A program made the position numbers and the translations under genes. The notes under the pieces are model-generated. The model made no database searches. It was not told where the DNA came from and was given only the letters and a program-made list of their open reading frames with translations. Positions 8,443-15,793 of a DNA stretch of 20,000 bases are shown in pieces; within the stretch, counting starts at the first letter, position 1, and each line of letters begins with the position of its first letter. Where the stretch lies: the IMG/VR virus record IMGVR_UViG_3300038678_000044. One strand, 5' to 3'. This DNA is from an uncultured virus (IMG/VR IMGVR_UViG_3300038678_000044) (Duplodnaviria; Heunggongvirae; Uroviricota; Caudoviricetes).

Positions 8443-8616
8443 ATGACTGATTACATGAAATATCCAAAGCCGAGTGCTGACAAGACTGCGGGACGCAGTG
8501 CCAAGCAAACTGGCACGGCTTCTCTTGGTGGTCAGCACCACATTTCCGGGACGATGGGTAAGCACCAACGTACTGGAACTGGTAAAGAAGGCGGCGGAAA
8601 CAAAGGTAGCTACTAA
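8443..8616 (+). CDS. basic Gly/Lys-rich microprotein A (57 aa), not in ORF track
   Basis: SD GAGGAG at 8430-8435. MTDYMKYPKPSADKTAGRSAKQTGTASLGGQHHISGTMGKHQRTGTGKEGGGNKGSY*. Confidence 0.8.
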   Translation: MTDYMKYPKPSADKTAGRSAKQTGTASLGGQHHISGTMGKHQRTGTGKEGGGNKGSY

Positions 8617-8789
8617 TGAAAAACGGTAGCCACTCACAGAAGCCACCTAACCAGGGGCACACCAATGCCACGAAACCGAAGGCCAAGAAGTCTATGGCCA
8701 AAAACACGATGGGCATGGGCAAGGTGACACCCAAAGCGAAAGGAACGATGGGTAAGCACCAGTCAACTGGAGACGGTAAAGCCTTTTAA
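8616..8789 (+). CDS. basic Gly/Lys-rich microprotein B (57 aa), paralog of A, not in ORF track
   Basis: TAATG coupling to A. MKNGSHSQKPPNQGHTNATKPKAKKSMAKNTMGMGKVTPKAKGTMGKHQSTGDGKAF*. Confidence 0.8.
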   Translation: MKNGSHSQKPPNQGHTNATKPKAKKSMAKNTMGMGKVTPKAKGTMGKHQSTGDGKAF

Positions 8790-8806
8790 CCAGCCAGGAG
8801 GATGAT

Positions 8807-9010
8807 ATGTCTGCACTTCGGATAGCAGAACTCATCCTCGTTCGAGCCAGGGAGCGCCTGGAGGAAAATCATGCCCAGATGGATAAGGGCGGAAGCCACG
8901 ACCAGTACATGAAGCTCGTCGGTAAGAATAGCGAGCTTCGCTGGATCCAGGACATCACCAGGGAGTTCCTTGCGAAAGTCGAGGGAGAGGAAGAATTGGA
9001 TGAACTCTGA
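8807..9010 (+). CDS. small helical conserved head-module protein (67 aa)
   Basis: Strong SD AGGAGG; two-helix pattern with Y..LVG...L; directly precedes and overlaps the GroES-like gene. Confidence 0.85.
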   Translation: MSALRIAELILVRARERLEENHAQMDKGGSHDQYMKLVGKNSELRWIQDITREFLAKVEGEEELDEL

Positions 9011-9416
9011 AGCGGAAGTACCAGAGCAGCAAGAAGCGACATTATTGGACACGTTTGAACCGAAGGAATATCCAGGGCAGATGGATCTGTGGCGCTTAGT
9101 AGTGCAGATTGCTGAGCCACCTGAGTTAAGTGCAGGTGGAATTGTGATCCCGGATGAATACAAGGATGACCAAGAGTTCGCGAGTTACGTGGGCCAGGTT
9201 CGATCGATGGGCCCGTTGTGTTACACGGCAATCACCAGGTCGCAGATGGATCTCAAGGACGCGCACGGATGCAAGATTGGTGACTGGGTAGAATTTGGAG
9301 CGCACGATGGCGAGCGTCGTCGGACGCAGGATGGCACCCTCTGGGTGATTCTTTCTGATACGCAGATCATGGGCGTGACGAAACATCCTGAGCTGTACGA
9401 TTGCATGTCCCTTTGA
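9000..9416 (+). CDS. groES: GroES/Cpn10-like co-chaperonin (138 aa; ORF track start 8970 probably too early)
   Basis: Mobile loop SAGGIVIP (E. coli GroES SAGGIVL), VGQVRSMGP, KIGDWVEFG..DG, VILSDTQIMGV. ATG 9000 follows GGAGAGGAAG. Confidence 0.88.
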   Translation: MNSEAEVPEQQEATLLDTFEPKEYPGQMDLWRLVVQIAEPPELSAGGIVIPDEYKDDQEFASYVGQVRSMGPLCYTAITRSQMDLKDAHGCKIGDWVEFGAHDGERRRTQDGTLWVILSDTQIMGVTKHPELYDCMSL

Positions 9417-9440
9417 CAGGAGAAGCGCACGGAGTATTAT
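9413..9440 (+). promoter_or_regulatory. putative sigma70-type promoter for scaffold-capsid genes
   Basis: TTGACA (9413-9418), 16 nt spacer, TATTAT (9435-9440), followed by hairpin CAGCGAC-ACTAA-GTCGTTG and an AGGAG/GAGG SD. Confidence 0.65.
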
Positions 9441-9477
9441 CAGCGACACTAAGTCGTTGCGGACTAGGAGAGCGAGG

Positions 9478-10542
9478 ATGGCTAACACGCAACGGGACAA
9501 GATCGAGTACGAATTTGAGGATCTGCGAAGGAACACGGATTCGATACCAGATAACGTACTTAATCAGCTTGGACTCGAAGACGAGGATTTGACTGAGACT
9601 GAGCGTCAAGAAGACACAAAAGCCAAGGATGACGATAACGACGAGGAGTTGGAGGAGGCAGGAGGCCAAGACGACGACGACGAGCTGGGTGAAGATGGAG
9701 AATACAGTCCAGCGAAGATGACCAAGGCGATGCGTAAGCGCCTGGTCGGAATCAAGCGCGATGCGAGCCGACAGATAGCAGCCGCCAAAACAGAAGCTGG
9801 CGAGGAAATATCAAAGCTAACTAAGCGGATCAACGAGCTTGAGAAGTCAGGGAAGACTGATGAACTCGACAACGAGTTCAGCGGCAAGATCGACGCTCTG
9901 GAAGCGAAGATTGAAGCTGCGATGGAAAAAGGCGACAGCAAAGAAGTCGCCTCACTCACCCGACAGATGGGTGAGCTGACTGCGGATGTACGTGATCGGA
10001 AACGGGAGCTGGAAGCCCAACACGACGAACCTGACGACCTGGACGAGACAGAGGAGCCCAAGGTCATCCCCAGAGCCATGGAATGGATCGAGGAGCAGGT
10101 GTGGTGGGACGACGAAGATCTCGGACACGTTCGAGCATTCGTTCGTAAGGCGGACCTCGCCTTGCAGAAGAAAGGTTATTTACCCACCGAGGATGATTTC
10201 TACGAGCAGCTTGAGGAGCTGGTCGAGAATAAGTATCCAGGCGTCGTTGTGCATACAGCGGACGAGGAGGAGGAAGAAGATCTCGATCTTGACCTCGATG
10301 AGGAGGAGGAAGACGACTTCGGCTCGATTCCCTCGAAAGGCCGGAAGGCGAAGAAGAAGCGAGCCAGGCGAAGGGGCCCGGTCTCTGAAGGCGATCGTGG
10401 TGGCATTGCCAAAACGAAGAAGCGTCGTCAGAAGAAAAAGGGTAAGACATTGAGCCGTGCCAGGGTTGCGAACATGAGAGCGTTCGGCCTGGATCCGGAA
10501 GATCCGGCAGCGGTTGAAAACTACCTGGAGGGCTGTGACTAA
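9478..10542 (+). CDS. putative capsid scaffolding protein (start likely ATG 9478)
   Basis: Acidic N-terminus, long coiled coil, RAMEW...WW motif and short C-terminal helix-turn-helix (LSRARVANMRAFGL..E.YL); lies between portal and capsid. Confidence 0.75.
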   Translation: MANTQRDKIEYEFEDLRRNTDSIPDNVLNQLGLEDEDLTETERQEDTKAKDDDNDEELEEAGGQDDDDELGEDGEYSPAKMTKAMRKRLVGIKRDASRQIAAAKTEAGEEISKLTKRINELEKSGKTDELDNEFSGKIDALEAKIEAAMEKGDSKEVASLTRQMGELTADVRDRKRELEAQHDEPDDLDETEEPKVIPRAMEWIEEQVWWDDEDLGHVRAFVRKADLALQKKGYLPTEDDFYEQLEELVENKYPGVVVHTADEEEEEDLDLDLDEEEEDDFGSIPSKGRKAKKKRARRRGPVSEGDRGGIAKTKKRRQKKKGKTLSRARVANMRAFGLDPEDPAAVENYLEGCD

Positions 10543-11165
10543 TGGGTAACGCAAAAGCAGAAGCGCGAAAGACATCGGAGAAGCGGAGAGCTGAATCGGC
10601 TCAGGGAAAGAAACCATCCGGCGAGAAAAGGAATGCGCCGGAGCAGATTACGCACGGAGACGATAAGGTCCATGAATCGGAGAACATGGACAGGGAGATG
10701 GATGAGCTTTACGACACGGAGTCAGACAATGAAGTCACGGAATGGCGCAGACATTCAGATTTGGATGCGCCACCAGCAAGGAAAGGCTATGTGAATCGTT
10801 TCATTCGGATACGTCTTGGAACAGTTCGCGATACCGCCCGACTGAGAAATGCAATACGAGAGGGGTGGAGACCTATCAAGGCGTCAACCTTGTCAGATCG
10901 TTCACTGCCGACCACCAATCTCGACCAGTACGGGGATGTCATCGGCGTAGAGGATTTAATCCTATGCGAGATGCCTGTGAAGGTTCATGCCCAGCGCAAG
11001 AAGCACTTTAAGGACAAGCAGCGCAGGCAAAACCAGGCAATCGAGCGCCAACTAAAGGGTGTGTCCAAGGAGGACGTATCGGGCTTTGGTCCGATCGAAT
11101 CCACCAGTCGCACCAGGGTTTCGGCGGCTCCCGCTCGACGAGTGGAGGTTGCCGATGATGATTAA
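10542..11165 (+). CDS. conserved head-module hypothetical protein (207 aa)
   Basis: TAATG coupling; W..S.LDAPP...G...RFIR...REGWRP...IGVEDLILCEMP pattern seen upstream of capsid genes in this type of phage. Confidence 0.85.
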   Translation: MGNAKAEARKTSEKRRAESAQGKKPSGEKRNAPEQITHGDDKVHESENMDREMDELYDTESDNEVTEWRRHSDLDAPPARKGYVNRFIRIRLGTVRDTARLRNAIREGWRPIKASTLSDRSLPTTNLDQYGDVIGVEDLILCEMPVKVHAQRKKHFKDKQRRQNQAIERQLKGVSKEDVSGFGPIESTSRTRVSAAPARRVEVADDD

Positions 11166-11179
11166 CCGGAGGTATCCGA

Positions 11180-11776
11180 ATGACAAACGTGGATCGACCG
11201 TTTGGCTTTACAGCCACTCGCCACGGTGCAGGCGGCACTCCCCAAAGGCTAGGCTCGTATGAGATTGCGAATGGTTTAGCGGCTGACATCTTTTCAGGCG
11301 ACCCAGTTGTCCTGTTAGGTTCTGGCCGAACCATTACTCTCGCGACTGCCGGTAATGCAAACCTGATCACAGGTATCTTTGCCGGTGTTCGTTATACCGA
11401 TGCCAATGGGGATGTTCAGTTCAGACCGAACTGGCTAAGCGGCACCGTTGGTACTGGATTGCAGCGTGGTGAAGACAATCCAGAAGCCCTTGTTTACGAT
11501 GATCCAAGGAGTGAATTCATCGTACAGGTCAGCGCATCTGCTGGTCTGGTAGTAGCGGATGTTGGCCTGTTGGCCAATTTCGTTGCTGGAGCAGGGAACG
11601 CATTTACTGGCCGATCAGCGGCTCTCCTTGACCAAACGACACTGAATGCTTCGGCACGTCAGTTGCGTATCCTTGGTCTGTCGAGAATCCCTGAGAATGA
11701 CTATGGTGAGTTCGCGAAGGCTCGCGTTCTAATCAACAACCATAGTTACGGCCAACTAGCAGCAGCGGGAGTCTAA
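11180..11776 (+). CDS. conserved virion protein, probably capsid cement/decoration (198 aa)
   Basis: SD GGAGGT; NVDRPFGF...YEIA...IFSGDPV...GV.YTD...VYDDP..F.VQ pattern; immediately upstream of the capsid gene. Confidence 0.75.
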   Translation: MTNVDRPFGFTATRHGAGGTPQRLGSYEIANGLAADIFSGDPVVLLGSGRTITLATAGNANLITGIFAGVRYTDANGDVQFRPNWLSGTVGTGLQRGEDNPEALVYDDPRSEFIVQVSASAGLVVADVGLLANFVAGAGNAFTGRSAALLDQTTLNASARQLRILGLSRIPENDYGEFAKARVLINNHSYGQLAAAGV

Positions 11777-11778
11777 TC

Positions 11779-12690
11779 ATGGCTATGAATCGAAGCGACT
11801 TTCGCAAACAGTTGCAGGAAGGCTTGAACGCAGTCTTCGGAATGGAGTACAAGCGGTATCCAGAGGAGTGGCGCGACATCTTCGACATCGAGCGATCGAT
11901 GAAAGCATTCGAGGAAGACGTGTTGCTCGCAGGATTCGCTGGTGCGCCAGTTAAACCTGAAGGCGAAGGCGTGGCATACGACCAGGGCGCAGAGAGTTAC
12001 GTTGCCCGATACACGCATGAGACGATTGCGTTGGCATTTGCAATCACCGAGGAAGCTGAAGAAGATGGCTTGTACGGAAGTCTTGGCAACAAGTATGCGA
12101 GAGCCCTTGCACGATCTCTCCAGCACACCAAGGAAGTCAAAGGTGCTGACATCATCAATAACGGTTTCGACGCAGGTTTCCTTGGCGGCGACGGAGTTCC
12201 GTTGTTTTCACTGCTCCATCCGCAATTCGGTGGCGGTAACCAGGCTAATACCCTGGCCACGGCAGCCGATCTCGCGGAAGCGTCTCTTGAGCAGGCGGCG
12301 ATCGACATCTCAGAGTTCGACGACGACCGTGGCATCCCGATTGCAGCGCAGATCACAAAGCTGATTGTTCCGACAGAACTTCAGTTCGTGGCTACGCGGA
12401 TCCTGATGTCACCGTATCGCACGAACACTGGCGATAACGACATCTCTGCCATCTACACTCTCGGCACAGTCGGTGACGGTTTCTGCGTAAACCACCGCTT
12501 GACTGATCCAGATCAGTGGACACTCAAGACAGACTGCCCTGATGGCCTAAAACACATGCTGCGTAAGAAGGTTTCTCGTGGAATCGAAGGCGACTTCGAG
12601 ACCGGCAACCTTCGTTACAAAGCTCGCGAACGGTACAGCTTCGGCTGGTCCGATTGGCGTGGTGCATACGGCTCGCCAGGTGGCGCGTAA
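11779..12690 (+). CDS. major capsid protein (HK97 fold, Mu gpT-like family, 303 aa)
   Basis: KQLQEGLNAVFGMEY, S.KAFEE...GF..APVK.EG..V.YD, RYTHETIALAF.ITEEA.ED.LY, GGDGV.LFS..HP, KLIVP.EL.F.A.RIL, GDFETGN.RYKARERYSFGWSD.R; followed by a terminator. Confidence 0.93.
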   Translation: MAMNRSDFRKQLQEGLNAVFGMEYKRYPEEWRDIFDIERSMKAFEEDVLLAGFAGAPVKPEGEGVAYDQGAESYVARYTHETIALAFAITEEAEEDGLYGSLGNKYARALARSLQHTKEVKGADIINNGFDAGFLGGDGVPLFSLLHPQFGGGNQANTLATAADLAEASLEQAAIDISEFDDDRGIPIAAQITKLIVPTELQFVATRILMSPYRTNTGDNDISAIYTLGTVGDGFCVNHRLTDPDQWTLKTDCPDGLKHMLRKKVSRGIEGDFETGNLRYKARERYSFGWSDWRGAYGSPGGA

Positions 12691-12728
12691 GAGGTAAGGT
12701 CACGGTCCTTAGACCGGCGTGACTGAAC

Positions 12729-12780
12729 GGGAAGCCTGGCTGCCTCCCCCAACGAGGTAGCTGGGCTCTCCCTTTTGTTC
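12729..12780 (+). terminator. intrinsic terminator after capsid gene
   Basis: Long stem GGGAAGCCTGGCTGCCTC / GAGGTAGCTGGGCTCTCCC (with G-U pairs and one bulge), loop CCCCAAC, followed by TTTTGTT. Confidence 0.8.
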
Positions 12781-12820
12781 GATTAACGAGCAACGGACTG
12801 CTCTGCCCTGGAGGGCTGTT

Positions 12821-13537
12821 ATGAGTAGGCACACAATTACACATTCCGACGAAATCTTTGTCGGTGCCCCGCAAGCAGGTGGATTCAACGGTGCGAAAAG
12901 AGGCGTGGAGACAGCGCCACTGCATCAGCAGAAGATTCTCAATCCGATAGCTGGTGACGTTGATGGCCTGGTTACCGCAGCAGGATCCGGCGCGACAGCG
13001 GCTGCCGGTGATGTTCCGATCGATGGCGCATTCTTGAATGCAGTCACCGGATTTGGTGACATCGATGGACCGAGAAACATTGAGATCGACTCCACGAATG
13101 CTGGCGATACGACCCAGGTGATCACGATCACTGGTCGTGACATCGTAGGTAATCCGCAGGTCGAGAACATTTCGGCTAATGGTCTTACGGCTGTTCGTGG
13201 CCTGAAAGCGTTCTCGGTGGTCGAGTCAATCAGCAACTCAGGCGCATTCGCCGGTAATCTCACGGTGGGCACCAGCGTTACTTTGGGCAACATCGAGTTG
13301 GGCCTGGATGCTGGTCTCGAAGCAGCTTACGACGCTGTGCATGCGCTGACAGGTGCAGGTGCGGCTGATGGTGGTAGCTTCACGGTGGCAGATGCCACCA
13401 GTCCAGCAACTGCTGTGACCGGCGACACGAAGGGAACTTACAATCCTGGCAATGCCCCGGATGGCAGTGCTGACTTTGTTCTGTGGTATCACCCAATCCT
13501 GACGAAGGACGGATACGGACAGAACTTCGCTGGCTAA
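12821..13537 (+). CDS. beta-rich virion structural protein (238 aa)
   Basis: SD GGAGG; Gly/Ala/Thr-rich; PRNIEI...ITITGRD..G.PQVE.I...G.KAF..V.SI core; follows the capsid gene. Confidence 0.8.
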   Translation: MSRHTITHSDEIFVGAPQAGGFNGAKRGVETAPLHQQKILNPIAGDVDGLVTAAGSGATAAAGDVPIDGAFLNAVTGFGDIDGPRNIEIDSTNAGDTTQVITITGRDIVGNPQVENISANGLTAVRGLKAFSVVESISNSGAFAGNLTVGTSVTLGNIELGLDAGLEAAYDAVHALTGAGAADGGSFTVADATSPATAVTGDTKGTYNPGNAPDGSADFVLWYHPILTKDGYGQNFAG

Positions 13538-13550
13538 CTAGGGGAGTGAC

Positions 13551-14255
13551 ATGAGACAAAATGTCTTACAAATTGACCCCTACGCAACCACTGATGTCGA
13601 TTCGATAGCGACCTCACAGACTCCGGCAGCCGGAGGTGAGCAAGCCCTGACGATCAATGGAGCGTTTGCTTCAGGTGGTGTAGCCACATTGGATACACCG
13701 AGGCAGGTGGTCTTCACGTTCGCAGCCGATGAGACCGGGAAGTCATTCCTGGTCACTGGTACGCGACGTGATGGCAAGCAGCTTGTGGAAGCGGTCGCTG
13801 GTACAGCGGCATTAGCAACCACGGTGCAGGCTTTTGCCACCGTCACTGAGATCCTGATCGATCAGGATTCGGCTGGTGCCATCTCGGTCGGTACGACCTT
13901 GATTGTATCGACGAGCTGGTTCCCGATGGATTACATCAGGAATCCGGTGAATGTCGGCATGGTCATCACGATCGGTGGTGCAACAAATGTCACCGTCGAA
14001 CTGACGCTCTCGAACCTCATGTCCAGACGTGGCAACGATCCGCTTCCAACGGTCGGCCATCATGTGGGCTCGAAGTTCAAGCTGATCTATCCGGTGGTGA
14101 ATGCGATCGACCACGATACCTTGGTGAATGTCGCGGCGGACACGTCAGGCAATATCGCTTTCCCGGTGACAGGCTTGCGCCTGACATCGAATGCGGTAGT
14201 GGTGACGACGCCAGTGATCCTGGAGGTTGTGCAGGCTGGCCATAGGGGAGCCTAA
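13551..14255 (+). CDS. beta-rich virion structural protein, paralog of 12821 gene (234 aa)
   Basis: SD GGGGAG; PRQVV...FLVTGT..DG...VE.V...QAF.TVT.I core aligns with the upstream gene. Confidence 0.8.
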   Translation: MRQNVLQIDPYATTDVDSIATSQTPAAGGEQALTINGAFASGGVATLDTPRQVVFTFAADETGKSFLVTGTRRDGKQLVEAVAGTAALATTVQAFATVTEILIDQDSAGAISVGTTLIVSTSWFPMDYIRNPVNVGMVITIGGATNVTVELTLSNLMSRRGNDPLPTVGHHVGSKFKLIYPVVNAIDHDTLVNVAADTSGNIAFPVTGLRLTSNAVVVTTPVILEVVQAGHRGA

Positions 14256-14257
14256 TC

Positions 14258-14977
14258 ATGTCAGTTACGGGCACGTACATAACTGACCCGATTCTGGCTG
14301 AGTACACCGACGAAGCGGTTGAGAGAGCTGGCCTGGATCTCCAGGAGATTACAGGTCAGCATCTCATCTCGATCCGTCGATCAGTTGGCTTTGTGTTGGC
14401 ACGATGGGCAAACAAAGGTGGTCGCCAGTGGACGTTCGAGCAAGTCGATCATCTGGTGTCTGTCGGTGAGATCGAGTTCGATCTGCCGGTAGGAACGATC
14501 CAGGTGCAGACTGCTGTACTGCGTCGTGGTACGGGGCAGGGGGCTATCGTCGTCACCGATACGGAGATGTATCCCATCTCCAGGTCAGACTATCTGATCA
14601 TTCATGACAAGAACCTGGTCGGCAGACCGGATCGATACTTCGTGGATCGTCGTCGAGACACACCCAGCGGTGCGAATCCAGTGCGAGTTTTGTACTGGCT
14701 GGCCGCAGAGAACAACACCGATCGGATCATCATGAATGTCTGGAAGCAGATCCAGGATCCAGGCAGGGCTCAGAACACGATTGATATTCCATTCCGTTAC
14801 CAGGAAGCGTTCGTTGCAGCCTTGGCTGCGAAGGTCGCGCAGAAGTGGAAGCCTGAGCGGTTCGTGGCCCTGGTGACTGAATCGGAGGTGTTGTTCAAGG
14901 AAGCCGACGATGAGGATGCAGACACCGCACCAATGGTGATTTCTGTCAATTACGATCGTTTCTACGGGAGACGCTAA
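14258..14977 (+). CDS. putative head-tail adaptor/connector protein (239 aa)
   Basis: EA.ERAG...RRS...LA.WANKG...WT, ISRSDYL.I.DK...GRP..YF.DR, DIPFRY.EA..A.LA pattern; position after head genes. Confidence 0.75.
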   Translation: MSVTGTYITDPILAEYTDEAVERAGLDLQEITGQHLISIRRSVGFVLARWANKGGRQWTFEQVDHLVSVGEIEFDLPVGTIQVQTAVLRRGTGQGAIVVTDTEMYPISRSDYLIIHDKNLVGRPDRYFVDRRRDTPSGANPVRVLYWLAAENNTDRIIMNVWKQIQDPGRAQNTIDIPFRYQEAFVAALAAKVAQKWKPERFVALVTESEVLFKEADDEDADTAPMVISVNYDRFYGRR

Positions 14978-15402
14978 TGGCAAGTAGAGCAAATTTATCA
15001 GGACGACCTGGACCAACTGGCATCCTGGATCGAGTAATGAATCCACCGCAGCAGAGATCTGGACCCAAGATCTCCCTGCCCGCCACTACGCCACAGGCGA
15101 CTGCGCCAAATGTTGGCGGAGTGGCTGATCCAGCCCTGGCTCAAGCAGCATCCGGAGCCAGGCGACAGTCAATGGCCCCACGAGCTGGCCTGTCACAGGT
15201 CGGCGCGAGCCAGGCAGAACTCGCTGGTCAAACCAAGCCGTTGAATCGTAGGGCATCATTGTCAGATCGCATGGCAAGGGCTCAGGGAACGATGGCTGAC
15301 CAGGAGATGGCTGCTGAGGTCGGTGGTGGCAGGACTGAGGTTGATGTCGTTGGGCCATCGCTGAATCGAGCCAGGAGACCTGGCCGCACCTATCGGCGTT
15401 AG
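14977..15402 (+). CDS. low-complexity, probably disordered protein (141 aa)
   Basis: TAATG coupling; Ala/Gln/Arg/Pro/Gly-rich, almost no aromatic residues. Confidence 0.75.
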   Translation: MASRANLSGRPGPTGILDRVMNPPQQRSGPKISLPATTPQATAPNVGGVADPALAQAASGARRQSMAPRAGLSQVGASQAELAGQTKPLNRRASLSDRMARAQGTMADQEMAAEVGGGRTEVDVVGPSLNRARRPGRTYRR

Positions 15403-15404
15403 CC

Positions 15405-15791
15405 ATGGCGCTTGGATCCGCATACGCCAAAGGGAAGTGGGCACTGGGCGAATGTCGTCGCTCAGGCCGCAAGATGTTGCTGCGGAACATGGTGGCGGAT
15501 GGCTACTATCCGAACCTGATTGTCGATCCTGAGTGGTACGAGCCCAAGCATCCACAGGAATCTCTGCCCAAAGTCAGAGATCCGGTTTCGTTGTTTCGAC
15601 CAGCTCCTGATCAAGATCGGGTTAGCGCGACAATTCGATTTCGATCTGATCAATCCGTGGCGAGTGGTTATGCCCTTGGCAATGTCACCTTGGACGCTCC
15701 AGTGTTTGTGCCGCCTGTTCTACCTCCTCCAGTTCATGCTTACGATATGGATGCTATTGCCTCGCCAGAGCCGGATACCGGGACAGGATAA
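15405..15791 (+). CDS. conserved virion protein (YAxGK...EPKHPQ type) with Pro-rich C-terminal extension (128 aa)
   Basis: YAKGKWALGECRRSG...VDPEWYEPKHPQ...DP..L.RP.PD, then GNVTL and PVFVPPVLPPPVHAYDMD. Confidence 0.8.
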   Translation: MALGSAYAKGKWALGECRRSGRKMLLRNMVADGYYPNLIVDPEWYEPKHPQESLPKVRDPVSLFRPAPDQDRVSATIRFRSDQSVASGYALGNVTLDAPVFVPPVLPPPVHAYDMDAIASPEPDTGTG

Positions 15792-15793
15792 CG

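Noticed and set aside
8190..11776. Prohead protease
   Set aside because: No ClpP/S49 or HK97-type protease motifs were seen. The layout fits scaffold-based assembly without a protease.
12680..12720. Frameshift or readthrough extension of the capsid protein
   Set aside because: No slippery heptamer precedes the TAA, and the downstream sequence is better explained as RNA structure and terminator.
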